Source: Amoebidium appalachense
Taxonomy: Eukaryota > Protista > Ichthyosporea
Direction: 5' to 3'
DNA: 64,000 nt
Assembly (NCBI GenBank): GCA_963693365.1
Contig: CAVNZM010000010.1
Location: 620,001 to 684,000, forward strand
The notes under the pieces are model-generated. The model was not told the origin of the DNA. It ran no database searches and was given only the letters and a program-made list of their open reading frames with translations. Each line of letters starts with the position of its first letter. The stretch's first letter is position 1. The translations under genes were made by a program, and so were the position numbers. Positions 1 through 14,009 of the stretch are shown here, piece by piece.

Positions 1-157
1 GTGCAAAGTTTCAAACCAAAACATCTATTCATAGAATAGTGATGATATATCACGGTGTACGATTTTGAATATATTGCGATGGATGCGCTGAATTTTATAT
101 AACCTTCGTTCAAAATTCAACAAGATATAAGAATTTTTTCAGCCCACACAGTATTCT

Positions 158-255
158 TGTTGAGCATTCTAGTTTTGACTCTTGCAGTTACCTGGTTCTT
201 CATGCATGCGCCAAGAACCAGGTAACTGCAAGAGTCAAAACTAGAATGTTCAACA
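158..255 (+). repeat. 43-bp inverted repeat (hairpin) with 12-nt loop
   Basis: 158-200 tgttgagcattctagttttgactcttgcagttacctggttctt is the reverse complement of 213-255 except one position, which is a G-U pair on the + strand. Confidence 0.9.
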
Positions 256-654
256 CGCGCCAAGAATTGCTGCATTAGTTTACCCTCCTCTGGTGTCGGC
301 GCGCTGTCTGGTTGGAAGCACCGTTTGATGCCATTCGCTGGGTTAAAGTGTGACATCAAACGAAACACTTTCGTTACCCAGTAAGTACTGTACTTTCCAA
401 AGACGAGCTTTAGTTTCTTCGAAGGCCAAGGGAGATTATCGTTGCTTTAGAGCTTAGGTGTCTTGTAAGGTAGCGTAGTGGTTGTTAGGTTTTCTACCAC
501 TGCGCCTAAGATTTCGTACGTGTTTACAGGCAGTCCCTTTGTTCCTTTTTTTTTGGTCCACTTCAACTTTCCAACCCACACCATGAACAAGCAATAACCC
601 ACGCCACACGCCAAATTTTAACCCTTCCCTCCTAGCGAGGGGAAATACATTGCT

Positions 655-1087
655 ATGCTGGCGCAACCTTTAGCACGGCAGCTCACAGCGCCACAACAAT
701 ATGCTGCCTCATCCTCACGTTCGGGTGCCCCCCTCCCAGCAATGGTGTGGGGCGGGGAAAGAGAAGACCACTGGTCTCTCGGCGTTCTTTCGGTTACAGA
801 AGAGATGAATCGAAAGATCGAGGCTCTGGATCGCCTCGTTGAGCAGGTGGGTGTCTTGAAAAATGACCTATGTGTTTTCTAGTTTTCCTTTTTTTTTGTG
901 ATGGTTTTGACTTGTGTGCTTCTTTTTCATCCACTTCTTCCTGGGTAGGACATTATTGCTGCTTAACAACACACACACACGCACGCGCTCACACACACAC
1001 ACACACACGCTCACACTCCCAGAGTATACACACGCACGCGAGAATGCGCGGACTAGTGTGCACATACGGACACGCAAACAAGCGCAT

Positions 1088-1131
<44 letters not shown>

Positions 1132-2998
1132 GACCTACCAGTTTGTTTGTTTTTTTGCCCCGTATGCAGACTACCCAGGAATACACGAACACGCTCTGAC
1201 GTGCACAACACCACATACAGAAACAGGTGCAAACGGAAACACACATCCAACACCTACCAGGATATGTATACATGTCGGCACTCACTGCTGAGCACAACGA
1301 CACCGTATCACTTGGAACTCTTTTTGCTCTTGCGCACGACTGTACACTTCACGTGCATGCATAGCTTATGCACACACACTTGAGCATACACAGGCATACA
1401 GAACAGATGGGAATCGTCCACTCAATCTGAAAACGAGACTGCAGAGAGGCACATCTTGTGTATACAGAAAGTAGTTTTTTCTTTTTTTTTCATGGTGAGC
1501 ATTCACTCTCCAACATGCGCACACACAAAGACAATATCACGTGCGGCATAGCAGCACAGACAAACGCACGTCAGCACAAACGACGTCCCAACACACCCTT
1601 TACTAGCAGCACCTGCTTTTGCCCAGGATCTTTCAAAACATGTGCTCGTAGGGCAAAGGGCAGAAGACACGAATGTGAATTCGCGCACTGAAGAAGTGGG
1701 CAAGAATAGAGGGAAATGTGTAGAGCTGAGGGGCATGGGCAGTAACGGAATCACGGGGTAGGGGGGAGGGAGATTGGGGACGGGGGAGGGAGGGAGCAGC
1801 AGGGAGGGGGAGGGGAGGGGAGTTGGGCGGGGGGAGAGGGGGGGGGGGAGAAGAATAGAAGGATAAGGGGGGAGGGGGGGGGACTGCAAAGGTATTGTGC
1901 TAGTTTGGTTTTGACAACGCATCAGTCTCTCACTTATCGTGGTGATGGGTAGGCAAAGGGACTTCACGGGGATGAGAGGCGGCAGGCAGAGGGAAGCATA
2001 AAGGCCAAACGGTTGGAGTTGGTGGCATTGGACGATACACTGTGCAGGTTGCTTGAGTCACAGTCGGCTATGGAAAGTGCGGCGGTGCAAAGGTGTGCGT
2101 TTTATTTTCTTAGTTGGGCTGTTTATTATTATTTGTGTTTGTGTGTGCATGTGTGCCATTGGGGGAGAGGGGGGGGTGGGGGGGGGGAGGTACAAGCCCG
2201 TTCTAGACACAAGGGGGGGAGCGGGGGGGGAGGGAGGGGGAAGGGACAAGGAGGATCTGGGCACAGCAGCCAAATCAAGATGTTTTTTTCCCTCTCTATT
2301 TCTTGTTGTCGGTGTGGGTGTGTGGGTGTGGGTGAGTGCATGGGGAAATGAGTGCGGTTTGTGGTGCATGTGTGTGTCTGTGTGTGGGTGTGCGCTTGTG
2401 TGGTTGGGTTTCATCATTCCGTTTTTATTTTTAAGAGAACGTTTTGCCTGGCTCTTTCCTGTCGGTTCTTTTTGTGTTTTTGTGCAGACGATATTGCTGT
2501 TGCACAAATGAGTGGAACCAAGACGGTGGGGCAGAGAGGGAGAGCGTGTTTTGGGGGGTATGGGAGGGAGGGGGTTGAGTTTGGTGATAGACAAAGGCTG
2601 TGTGTGGGGGGGGGGGGGGGGGGGGGGGAGATCCTCTGCTGCTTGACAATAAACTAAACTCGTCAACTCACACAGACGACCAAGTAAAAGCATTGAAAGC
2701 AACTACCAACCACCCCTCTCTGTTTCTACCACCACCATCATAAACGGAAGATCTGCCAGTTTGGCGGGCCAGATTGATGGAATCGACTCCAGGGTAAGTT
2801 TTTGGTGAACATCTGTGGTTATGTTTTCGTGATTGGGGGGAATGTGTGTGTGTAGGTGGGCGGGTGCGCAAAAAAAAGGATTTGTACCAAGACGGCTGAA
2901 TTGAGGCACACACACACATACACATGTGTATACACACGCGCACGCACACATGTATACACCCTTTACACCGGTATACCCACACACATAAACACACACGG

Positions 2999-3038
<40 letters not shown>

Positions 3039-3073
3039 GGTATACCCACACACATAAACACACACACGGCGCG

Positions 3074-3124
<51 letters not shown>

Positions 3125-3199
3125 ACAGACACATACCTACAGACACATACACAAACACTTACGCACACACACACATACACACACACACACGCACACACA

Positions 3200-3255
<56 letters not shown>

Positions 3256-3497
3256 TTTACTCACACACGCACCTGTTCAAAAACCCACACTCACCCCCTC
3301 CCCCCTTTCCCCCCAGGTATGCCCCAGTGGCTCGGAGACAGGGAGCGACACACTTGAGCCCCCCTCGACACCAACAAAATGAAACGTCAGCCCTCTCGCA
3401 TGTACGGGAGTGCTGATAGTCTGGAGGAGAAACCAGTACTATTGACGTTGAATAACTCACAGATGATGCAGGCGGTATGTGCATGTGTGGGGCGATT

Positions 3498-3529
<32 letters not shown>

Positions 3530-3823
3530 TAAGGGTGTGTGTATGTGTGCGTGTGTGTCCGCATGTATGCTGCAGTAATGTTGGAAACGTCGTATTATGA
3601 CGAAAAGTATCGAATTTAGAAATGTTTAAAAGCGAAGTTTGAACTTGTCAACCAGAATATGCATGCAAGCACACACACACACATGCGTAATTCACACAGC
3701 TACAAACACATGCACACTTTATGCAAATTCGTGCATGTGCCTGCACGCACGTACCCACATTCACACGCAGACACACACAAGACACACACACACACACACA
3801 CAAATTCACACACATACATACAC

Positions 3824-3868
<45 letters not shown>

Positions 3869-4811
3869 AAAATACATGCGCGCACGCAAACGGGCACACA
3901 CGTGGCATGCGCGCACACACGACGATGATGCCTCACTTGTTCGGAACATAAAGAAGGACTTTTCCGAGGAGACATACATACACACTCTGCCTTGTGCCTG
4001 CCTTCCCCTCCGACCCCTTGCTTCTCTGGTCACTCCCAAACCAACATTCTCACTTCCGGAGCCTAACACACACACTATCGAACTTTGAAACACACCCACA
4101 TACGCACAAACACACGCGCACACATGCGCACACACACACACACATGTGCAAACACACAGGCAGATATGCACATTCGTATGTGTGCACGTGCGCGGCCACA
4201 CACACACACTCACTCACTCACTCACTCACTCACTCACCTACAGCTGGTTGAAGATTGCCAACGTCGCGGTCACGAGCGCGCACTCAACGTGCAGGTAATC
4301 GAACGGACACAAATCGATGGTAATCCAGAACTCACAATCAAACAAGCGTCAGCGGTTGTGAAAACGTGGAACGAAGCGCGCAAACCACAAACTGGGGAAA
4401 GATTCCCGTTGGGGGTAATCGCAACGGTATTCTTCGACCATTTCTTCACACGGTAAGGACAACATTCTGGTTAGATCTCCATTTTTGCCGTTTTCCACAA
4501 CCATTTTGTACTATTCCATTCGTGTTCCAGACCGTATATCCTCAACCCACTACTGTTAATAAAAGCCTCAAGGATATATAAAAATGTCTATTTTTTGGTT
4601 TTCTCGACCGTTTCGTAGCTACTTCTTCGTTTTGGAAACGTGTTTTCTCTCCTACGCCCTTTCCTTTAAGCCACCACTGTGAATCAACCCCCCAATGATT
4701 TACGAAGAGAACTATTCTTCTTCCAAACTCACATGAGTGTCAGCCATTGCAAGTTTCGTCCTAACCTCCTCCCATTCCTTTCTTAAACACACGCGCACAC
4801 ACACACACACA

Positions 4812-4846
<35 letters not shown>

Positions 4847-7800
4847 ACACATACACACGTACACGTACACACAACAGCCGGCCAGACATGAAGTCTCTCT
4901 TCTCCGACATCAACTTCCAAGCCGAATTCTTTGCCGGATTCGTTGACCTTATCGTTCCATCCCCTGATAAGGAACACACAGCACGTACATTCCGCCTTGT
5001 CGAACAATCACAACAACACGCACATCTGGGGTTTACCCAAGATTTCTACGAAAGCGCCTACGAGGCCTTAACAGACACGGTTAAGGAACGAATTGGGGAT
5101 AAGTTCGATACCCGTTCAAAGGAGGCTTGGTATGCGAGTTGTCGTCTTGTCACCAGTTCCCTTCTCGCTGCACAGGCTTTTTTTCAACGGCCAAAACCGC
5201 AAAAATCGACGGGGCTTTCCGGTGCGTTACGAAAATTGAAAAAGTTCGGAACGAAGGATTTGGTGATGGGGAGCGGGAATATGTCGACGGTTAGTATGGC
5301 GCCGGTGGATGTAAATGGGCTTGTGTCTCAGGTGGGTTGGTGGTTGTGGGTGAATGGTTCAAGGTGTATGTGGTTGGCGTGTAAGTTGATTGTGTGTTAC
5401 TGGTGGACTGCTAGAGGTTGCGGGCGCAGTGGAGGTAGCATCGCTTTTTTATTCTTGTTTTTTTTTTGGGGGGGGGGGGAGGGAGGGGGGAGGGGGGGGG
5501 GAGGGGGGTCCTTGTTATTTTTTTAGTTGTATTTGCTGGTTTATTTCAAGTTATTTGTTTATTTGGGACGCAAATGGGGGGGGGGGGGGGGGGGGGGGAG
5601 GGGGGGGGGGGAGGAGGCGGTGGGAAGAAGGCGGGTGGAGGGATGGAAGAAGGCGGGTGGGGGGAAGGAAAGAAATGGGATTTTGTGGGGGGGGGGGGGG
5701 GGGGGGGGATTCTGGATGCAAATCGAATAAATAAAAGAAGGCCGTGTTCATTTCACATTTCATATCTCGATTGATATTCTTGACATTGAGCTTTCAAAAT
5801 TGACATTTGTGATAGGTTCCGGTATAAACACGGCATCAATTGGCTTCACTGTAAACCACTAGAGAATCTATTTGCCGTATACTAACACATGCTTTGTGTG
5901 GGGGGGGAACAGGTGCGAAGGAAGGGTGAAAGTGTAATGCCCGAGCTTACCCTCAAGCAAGCAGCGTTCATCTCTAAGGCCTGGAGGGAGGCCTGCGAGC
6001 CAATCAAACCCCAGGGCGGCGAGAACCGTGAAATGCCATTGGCCGCTATCAGCCAATCATTCTACGAGGATTTCTTTGCGCGGTGTCCCGAGGCCCGGCT
6101 TGTCTTTGGCACCAATTTTATGCTGCAGACCGATTTCTTCTCGTGCATAGTCACCCATATCGTACCCAGCGCGTGCGATCTGAATTTCAAACGCGACGTG
6201 ATGGAAATGGGCGAACAGCACGCTCGTTTAGGCATTACCCGCGAGATGTACAAATCGGCGTGTGAGGCCCTGACCTACGTGGTGAAATCACGCATCGGTG
6301 ACAAATTCGATACACGGCTGCGCGATGCGTGGCTGACATCGTGCAATTTGGTAATCGAATCTATGATCGCGGCGCAAAGACTCAGCGCGAAAAAGCGCAA
6401 CAGCAGCTCGAATTTGCAGGATTTCACGGCGCACGCACGGGCGGTGAGCGAAATTCCACGCAGTCTTCTCGTTTCGAAACGCAGTAGCACCCACTCGTCG
6501 CAATCGGCGCCGGCGGCAACGGGTCACGGGTCAACCGGGTCTTCAGGGCCGCTCCACGTCAGCGGGTCGAGCTTCAAGAACGTGTCCAAGTCCATTCTTT
6601 CCGCTAGCAACTCACCGCCAAATCTTTCCGGAACGAGTTTGTTTGGCCGCACGCCATCGACTAGGTCTGCAAATAGCGAGCCCACGGCCGACGTGCAAAC
6701 GATGCAACAACTCGACGCTAAGCGACGTCACACGACCGGAGATATTTCCTCCCGGATGGGTGTACAGAGACAGACTTCTCTCACCGTCCCTGAGTCCCTC
6801 CCTTTCACCAGCCAACCCCCCCGCAGGCATACGCACGGCGCGATGTCCCCTTCCCCTCTTAACCCTTCCTCGGTCTTGTCTACCGCCATGCGTGATTCCA
6901 GCCAACCACAGGCCTCGTTTGCCACTGATGGTGACGTCATGGTCGATGGGGCCGACAACCTGTGCCCACTTCCTCCATTCCACCCGAGCAAGTCTCGTTC
7001 CCGCACGGAATCCCAAGGAAGCTACTCTAGCCAGTCCGGCGGCACGAATTCCCGCCGAAGCAGCGTAGTTTCTATGGGAACGGCTCCTCCCAACCCCTCC
7101 CCCCGCCCCCTTGAAGTTACGCCCATCCAACGCACCGCGTCCTCCCTACCGATCCTCGGGAGTAAACGGTCCGCGGCACTAGCGAAAGCATGGAAACGCA
7201 TGTTGGATCCCGGCGACGGAACCGGGGTGCGATCGATCGAGCAGATTGCCGTGATGTTCTACTCGGTTTTGTTCGGCCGGTGGCCCGAGGCTCGGTTGTA
7301 TCTTAGCAACTCTCCGTTGCAGGGCAAGTTCTTCATCTCCCTCGTCTCGAATTTCATCCCCGGCCAGCCCCCTCGTGACATTTTGGACACGGGTGACGCC
7401 GATATCACCCGAACTCTCTACGATGAGGGGTGCGAAGCGTTGACTACACTCATGCCGTCACTTGTCAGCAAGAAATGGAACGAACACGCACGCCAAGCCG
7501 CCGCAATTTCCAAATTGTCGCTAATGAAATTCCTCGGCGGGGAGCCAATGCCAACCGGGGAACCCGGGTTTTCATGCGTGCGATCGGGGTCCATCATCCG
7601 TGAAAATTCAGAGATGATCGCCTCTCAGGCGGTCTCTTTGAAGTTTAATTTTGCGGGCGACGAGATGAAAGAACCCCCCCTCCTCACGCCCGAGATGGCC
7701 TCCGAGTTGGTGCGGGGCTGGCGGCTCGCCACCGAAGGTTACCCCCTAGACGTCATCCGGGGTCAATTTTTCGAGGAATTGCACCGGACGTGCCCGGAAT

Positions 7801-8720
7801 GTTCCGCTCTTTTCCCTCTTGACCAACCCCATGGCGCCGACACAGAATTCTTTGTCGCTTTCATGTCGACGCTTATCCCCGGCCATCGCGATCGCTACGA
7901 TCTATACCTAATCGGGCGTGCAAACGGTGTTCTCGCCTACATGTACCGGGGGGCGTGCGACGCTATGCAATCACTCCTCCAAAAGCGATTGGGCGATCGG
8001 TGGGATGGGTCACTTGCGTGTGCATGGGAGGCGGCGGTGAACGAGTTATGTGCCGAAATGGCTGAAAGGGAGAGATTAAAATATCGCACGGGGGGCGTGA
8101 TGAACCCTGAATCTACGATCGATATTCTTAATCGGGAACAATCAGTCGATCCATGGGGCACAAGCGAAAGCACCATCGGAGATTCGAGCAAAACTTCGTC
8201 CGGGATTTCCAACGGCACCGGCACCACTTCTTCGTCGATTTTGAGCGAAGCCGCTGCATACCAAACTCAAGAACCCGAATTTTCGGTTGCAAGACAAGAT
8301 TCCGAACCGATTGCGGCCGATAAGCCGATCCCCGCTGAAATTTCGGAGGAGGACGCGTGGGTGGTGTCCGACGCTTGGCAGGCGGTGCTGCAACCGCGCA
8401 ACGATACAGAAACATTTCCTCAGGGGATCGCTCTGAACATTTTCTGGGCGGTATTTTTCGAGAAGCTCCCAGAATCCCGCCCGCTTTTCCACACTGTCCA
8501 ATCGCGTCGCGACTTTTTCAACCTCGTTATTAGCCACATTGTGCCCGGTATGGAGGATGCCCCACCAATCAGGAGGAAGCTCCCGAGGGGGGCAACGAGA
8601 AAAATGTTCGAGGTGTCGGTAGAGGGGGTGACGGCAGTTTTGGAAGATCGATTGGGTGATTTGGTCGATGATATTTTGACTGATGCATGGTCGAATAATG
8701 TGGATTACCTCCTAGGATAG
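655..8720 (+). CDS. Multi-domain globin protein (five globin-like domains, N-terminal coiled coil, Ser/Pro-rich linkers), ~1334 aa, 7 exons
   Basis: Phase-compatible GT-AG exons: 655-846, 1953-2092, 2676-2793, 3391-3474, 4244-4452, 4878-5331, 5913-8720 (4005 nt). Repeated globin signature LT..Q...V...W, F(Y/F)..FF..(C/R)PE...LF, Q..FF, H..LG.T...Y, G.KFD.....AW. The four 5' exons and the start codon are less certain than exons 5-7. Confidence 0.8.
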
Positions 8721-9479
8721 ATGGGGTTTTAGTTCTTTGCTGTAATTTGGAGACCGTTTCTGTATGTACGGTTTGGTGTTTGTATATAAGCGGGCGGAAG
8801 CGTTGTTTTGTTAGAGAGTACGTGGGCTATTGTACGGATCAGGCGAGCTTTGTTGGGGTAGGATAGGATGTACTCGTTTGGTGAATTAAATTTCTCCCTT
8901 TCTCCGCCTCTTTCTCCCCTTTTGCTCTCTTTTTTTTTTTCACAGCATCACACACACACACACACACACAAAGAGAGAGAGAGAGAGAGAGGCACAGACA
9001 CACGTTGTTGATAATGTAGCAAGTCCCCTAGACACTCGGGCGACACAGTCACGGCAACTTAGGTGGCGATTATAATTAGTATAATCTGCCCAGGCATCGG
9101 CATACATATATATATATATATTGTCGTGTATTCATATATATAAATATATCCACGTAAGGTGTAATATGTAATTATATGACTACCCCCAGACTTATGGGGT
9201 CAGGTAAATGCCACTGGTTGGCATGAAAATGAAAATGCTTTACGGTGATGCAAGGAGCTTTCAATCACTCTCCTAACCCTTTCTCTCCCCCCCCCCCCCT
9301 AAATATTAGTGCACACGCATGCACACATGAACACCAACACACCCACACAAGTACACAAACACGCACATTCGCACATCAACAAACACACACACCACCGTAG
9401 TACAAACAAAAACAAACCCACGGGTACACAGTCCTTGCACGGACCACATACAATCAGTACAACCTGTAAGCCCCTCGGT

Positions 9480-9489
9480 GCACTTATTC

Positions 9490-9529
<40 letters not shown>

Positions 9530-9624
9530 TGGCTGGTGAAGCTCAGCGCACGCACACATACAGACACAGACACACACACACATACATGTACGCATGTACA
9601 CATTGCACACATACGCGCACGCGG

Positions 9625-9707
<83 letters not shown>

Positions 9708-9954
9708 GCCGTGCACGTGCCCGTTCACACAGAAGCATAAACATGCAGGCGCATTCTTTCAGGGTAGACCCGCATGTGCAAGCACCGTGGTTAGCATGAG
9801 ATGTTGTAATACCATATTTCACTTTGTTCACTGTACCCCCCCCCCCCCTCCCCCCCCCCCCCCCCCCCCCAGCGGAATAGCTTTTGCTTACACGCCCCAC
9901 CCCCCTCCCCCAACACACACACACAAACACACACGCGCGCGCGCAAACCGAGAG

Positions 9955-9985
<31 letters not shown>

Positions 9986-10265
9986 CTTCACATAACAGTG
10001 GACCCAACCTGGCAGTCTGTGACCAACACACTGTACAGGAAGCTAAGATTAATACACACTAAAATAGGCACATTCCATAACAAGGCACCAAAAAATCATT
10101 TATTAAACAACCTTTCCCGGCCCACCATACACTTGCACACGTATTGACATATCAGCAGCCCCTGATACCTTTCTCAAGGTGCCTAGAAAATGTTAGGCAT
10201 TCATTTCGGTCTAAGTTACTCCACATACACGCACGCACGCACACACACCTTCTCTCCTCTTTCTT

Positions 10266-10324
<59 letters not shown>

Positions 10325-10326
10325 AC

Positions 10327-10359
<33 letters not shown>

Positions 10360-10461
10360 ATCTCTATCTCTATCTCTATCTCTTTCTCTCCCCCTCCCCC
10401 CCTCTCTGTCTCCCGCTCGCTCTCTATCTCTCTATCTCTCTCTCTCCCATCCCACTCCCCT

Positions 10462-10552
<91 letters not shown>

Positions 10553-10565
10553 CTCTCTCTCTACC
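9480..10565. repeat. Representative simple-sequence block: poly-C, (CA)n, (CT)n (such blocks occur throughout the window)
   Basis: Directly visible; explains most HT/CV/LS/RE/poly-P/poly-G ORFs in the track. Confidence 0.95.
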
Positions 10566-11534
10566 TATAGATGGGATGAGAGTTCCATGATATCATTTTT
10601 GGCTAAAAGCTGTATTTTTACATTCTCCATGTTTTTTCTGCAACTCTATCAAGGATTTCCCTTGTTGTAACACAGTGTCCGGACGTTAGCACAGAAGATT
10701 GTCCGCGCACAGGTTTCCGCCCACGCACGTTTTCACGTATACAGGCCAACTCTGCCGAGCAAATAGCCCCCCCCCCCCTCCCCCCCTCCCCCCTCCCCCT
10801 CTCCCCCCCCCCCCCCTCTCCGGTAAGTGGGGTGTGGAGAGGGGGAGGGGGAGGGGGGGGGGGGAGGCAGGATAGTAGTTTACCACAGTGGAGGGTGGGG
10901 AGCGGGGGGGGGGGGGGGGGGGGGGGGGGGATAATACAGTAACCGTTACTATAATATAAGGACCTCGTATTTCGAAGTGGGCCCCCTATGTATATGCATG
11001 CATAAGCGCATTTTCCTGCGAACATCATCCGCATTCAGGCCTGTATAATGTAGTTTGGCTCCAAACCGATTACTTAGTCCCCCCCCCCCCTCACACACAC
11101 ACTCACACCCTGGCCCCCCTTCCTTCACAAACACACACACAAGGACCACATACCACCATTCCGAGTCCTTGCTGTTGAACAACGGCAAGGCCGTAAAGCC
11201 ATCACGTGCATGGTGCTGTCCCCAAGATTGGAATTCTTTGAAATTCCCCATACTTTGTCCGTTGACTATCGGGAGCCTTTGCAAACCCCCCCCCCCCCCC
11301 CATCTCCCCCCCCCCCCCCCCCCTCCCCCCCCCAAACATCAGAAGAAAAAAGCCATGCGACTGTTCAACTCTTTGGCATTTTTCTGGGTGACTACTTTCT
11401 ATCTCCCCCAATGATGTCGGTTCTATCTCCTTACCCCCTTTCCTCTCTCTCCCCTGTTCACCAAGACATGTGAAGACCGTTTTCAACCATTAGCGGTTGC
11501 CCAAATTTAAATATGAGGAGCTGGTAAGGGGAGG

Positions 11535-11585
<51 letters not shown>

Positions 11586-11773
11586 AACATTGAAAGAATT
11601 CGAACTTAAATTTTCGGCTACATGTTGATATCACCGGATCAGGCCATTAAACCCGAGTTATTCTTAAAAAAAGAATAAACCTATCATATTGCTTTCTCTT
11701 CGGAATCCTTCTGCTTGTTACTGGAGGTCTGGTGGGGATATATTATGGTTCCCCCCCTTAATTATAGCTTGCA

Positions 11774-11935
11774 GTCGCACAATCACAACCACAACGATGC
11801 AGACAACCTGGGCACAAAAAAATTCCAGTAGATGGGCAACCACCCGGCCTTGGTGCTCTTGCTGATATCAAAATCATATTAGCAGCTCAAGAAAGCAAAC
11901 TCATTGTTGGCCCTCAACTGTTGCTGAAGACCACT
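11774..11935 (-). ncRNA. Putative structured-RNA family copy A
   Basis: Minus strand: ttcagcaacag, gagggccaac ... tgct/agca hairpin ... gttgcccatc, ctactggaa ... tgtgattgtgcg. Shares upstream ggcat(a/t)atgtaca...agtggtctt with copy C. Confidence 0.5.
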
Positions 11936-11972
11936 ATGCATATGTACATTATGCCTCGGAGTCCCCCCGACC

Positions 11973-12015
<43 letters not shown>

Positions 12016-12023
12016 AAAAAAGA

Positions 12024-12055
<32 letters not shown>

Positions 12056-12276
12056 ATAAAAAACACGCACAAAAAGAAAAACAAAAGAAAAGGCAAATAA
12101 GAAAGAAAAGAGAAAAAAGAGGGGTAAAAGAAAACAAAAGAAAAAGCAGAAAATCTAGGATATCGATATCATGAAAATAATCCACACCGCCCTCTCCCAG
12201 ACCTGCCGCACCCTAGAAAAGTTAAAGGTACGTTTCCACGGAACAGGGGAGTCCTGCAGGCTGGCAGTGTGTGTGT

Positions 12277-12416
<140 letters not shown>

Positions 12417-12467
12417 GTGTGTGTGGGGGGGGCTTGGAGGGGGGGGGGGGGGGGAGGGGGAGGGGGA

Positions 12468-12507
12468 AGATCACGAGCAGACCCTACGTAGGGTCTGCTC
12501 TTGATCT
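12468..12507. repeat. Spacerless 40-bp palindrome within a (GT)n/G-rich ... C-rich/(AC)n fold-back
   Basis: agatcacgagcagaccctac|gtagggtctgctcttgatct, one mismatch, centre at 12487/12488. Confidence 0.85.
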
Positions 12508-12654
12508 CCCCCCTCCCCCTCCCCTCCCCTCCCATCCTCCCCCATGTGCACACACACACGCTCGTGATCTCCCCTCTCCCCATCCCCTCCCCTCCAACCC
12601 TTCCCCCCACACACACGCGCACGCACGCACGCACGCAAACACACACACACATGT

Positions 12655-12690
<36 letters not shown>

Positions 12691-13453
12691 CTCTGGAACT
12701 ATGTAGAAATGCAGATTCAGAAGTCACGGCGGGAACGAGCGCGACTTTGCAACAAACCCAAGACAGACATCATAACAGAAGTAGAAGACTTTTTACCACA
12801 CCCTTTACTCAAAAACCCCTCGAGTACCATCATACAAAAGCTCTTCTAAGTGTTCGATACGCTCCAGAATATTACTAGTTTCCATGCAGATCTAGCTAGC
12901 TAGAGAAAGGGCAAGCCACTTCGTCAACTTCGTGGATGGTCGCACCCTGTTCTAATTTGTAACTGTGTTTGGAATTCAGTTCGTGCGACCAATCACTGGT
13001 GGGTGCATCTGTTGTTTCGTTTAAGTTTTATCTCTGGAATGTGGTTTGGATGACGCATCAGTGCGGATGAAGATGCACATGCATGCAAGGCGCTTACTGT
13101 TGTACCATGTTCTTTTTCGATTTCATCTTGCTTCTGGAAAGTAATTTTGTTGGGTATACTTCTTCAGTAGAGAGGGTTTTTGGATTGGAAAAAGAAAAAT
13201 CAGTGTTTTAACATTTCCGCGAAGTCATGATGCTTTGTCGTGTTTTTCACATGTGCGCGCGCATGCATGCGCAGTTTTTATTGTGGAGGAAGGCTTCCGA
13301 GGCTAGGCTATGTCACACATTGTAGTCTCAGTGGCTCCCGTGTTTACACGCCATCTTGTCATTTGCATGAGTTGCACGTGTGCCAACTTGAAGTGTCTAA
13401 TAAAAAAAACCAGCCGCGCCGTGCACGTGAAGGTCCCGTGGCTGGGTGTACGT

Positions 13454-13591
13454 CTACCACCTACTGAGGCGGTGTCTCGTTTCTTTCTTTTTTTTTTTTT
13501 TTTTTTTTTTTTACTTAAAAGGGACCGCCTGAGTAGATCATACTGTAGATGTATAACGTCACACGTGCGGCAACACGTCAGTACGTGTTAG
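13454..13591. mobile_element. MULE-like MITE copy 1 (9-bp TSD)
   Basis: Imperfect ~24-bp TIRs ctaccacctactgaggcggtgtc / cggcaacacgtcagtacgtgttag; TSD ggtgtacgt at 13445-13453 and 13592-13600. Confidence 0.8.
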
Positions 13592-14009
13592 GGTGTACGT
13601 GTAAACTTTACGTGTGCCACACGCAAGTCTTGCAGCACGTGATCAGGCTCCCCCCCTTCGGCCGCTGCATCACTGGAGAGAGCACGTGAGTGACATGAGA
13701 GCTAGGTCATGATCATCAGTTTCAAACTTTTTGTTTTGTTATCACTGCATGTGACTTTGAAAAATTAAGTTTAGATAACACAAGTTACACAAAATATATG
13801 TGGATATATGTACACACACACAGAGTATGCCGGTGTGTGGCGCACGTACGTGGACTTGAAAATTGGAGGTAAGAAATGTTGACACTGCATTCCAGTGATT
13901 CCACACACACACAAAAAATTGATATCCTGTGCTTTATTATTTGCGGGGGGCGGGTTGGTGCAATGGTAAGATGTCTGCGTATCAAGCTCAAAGTCGCAGG
14001 ATCGGTCCT

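Noticed and set aside
4440-4880. Ancestral globin B12.2 intron
   Set aside because: The phase-2 intron falls about four codons later (around B16), so it is not the conserved position.
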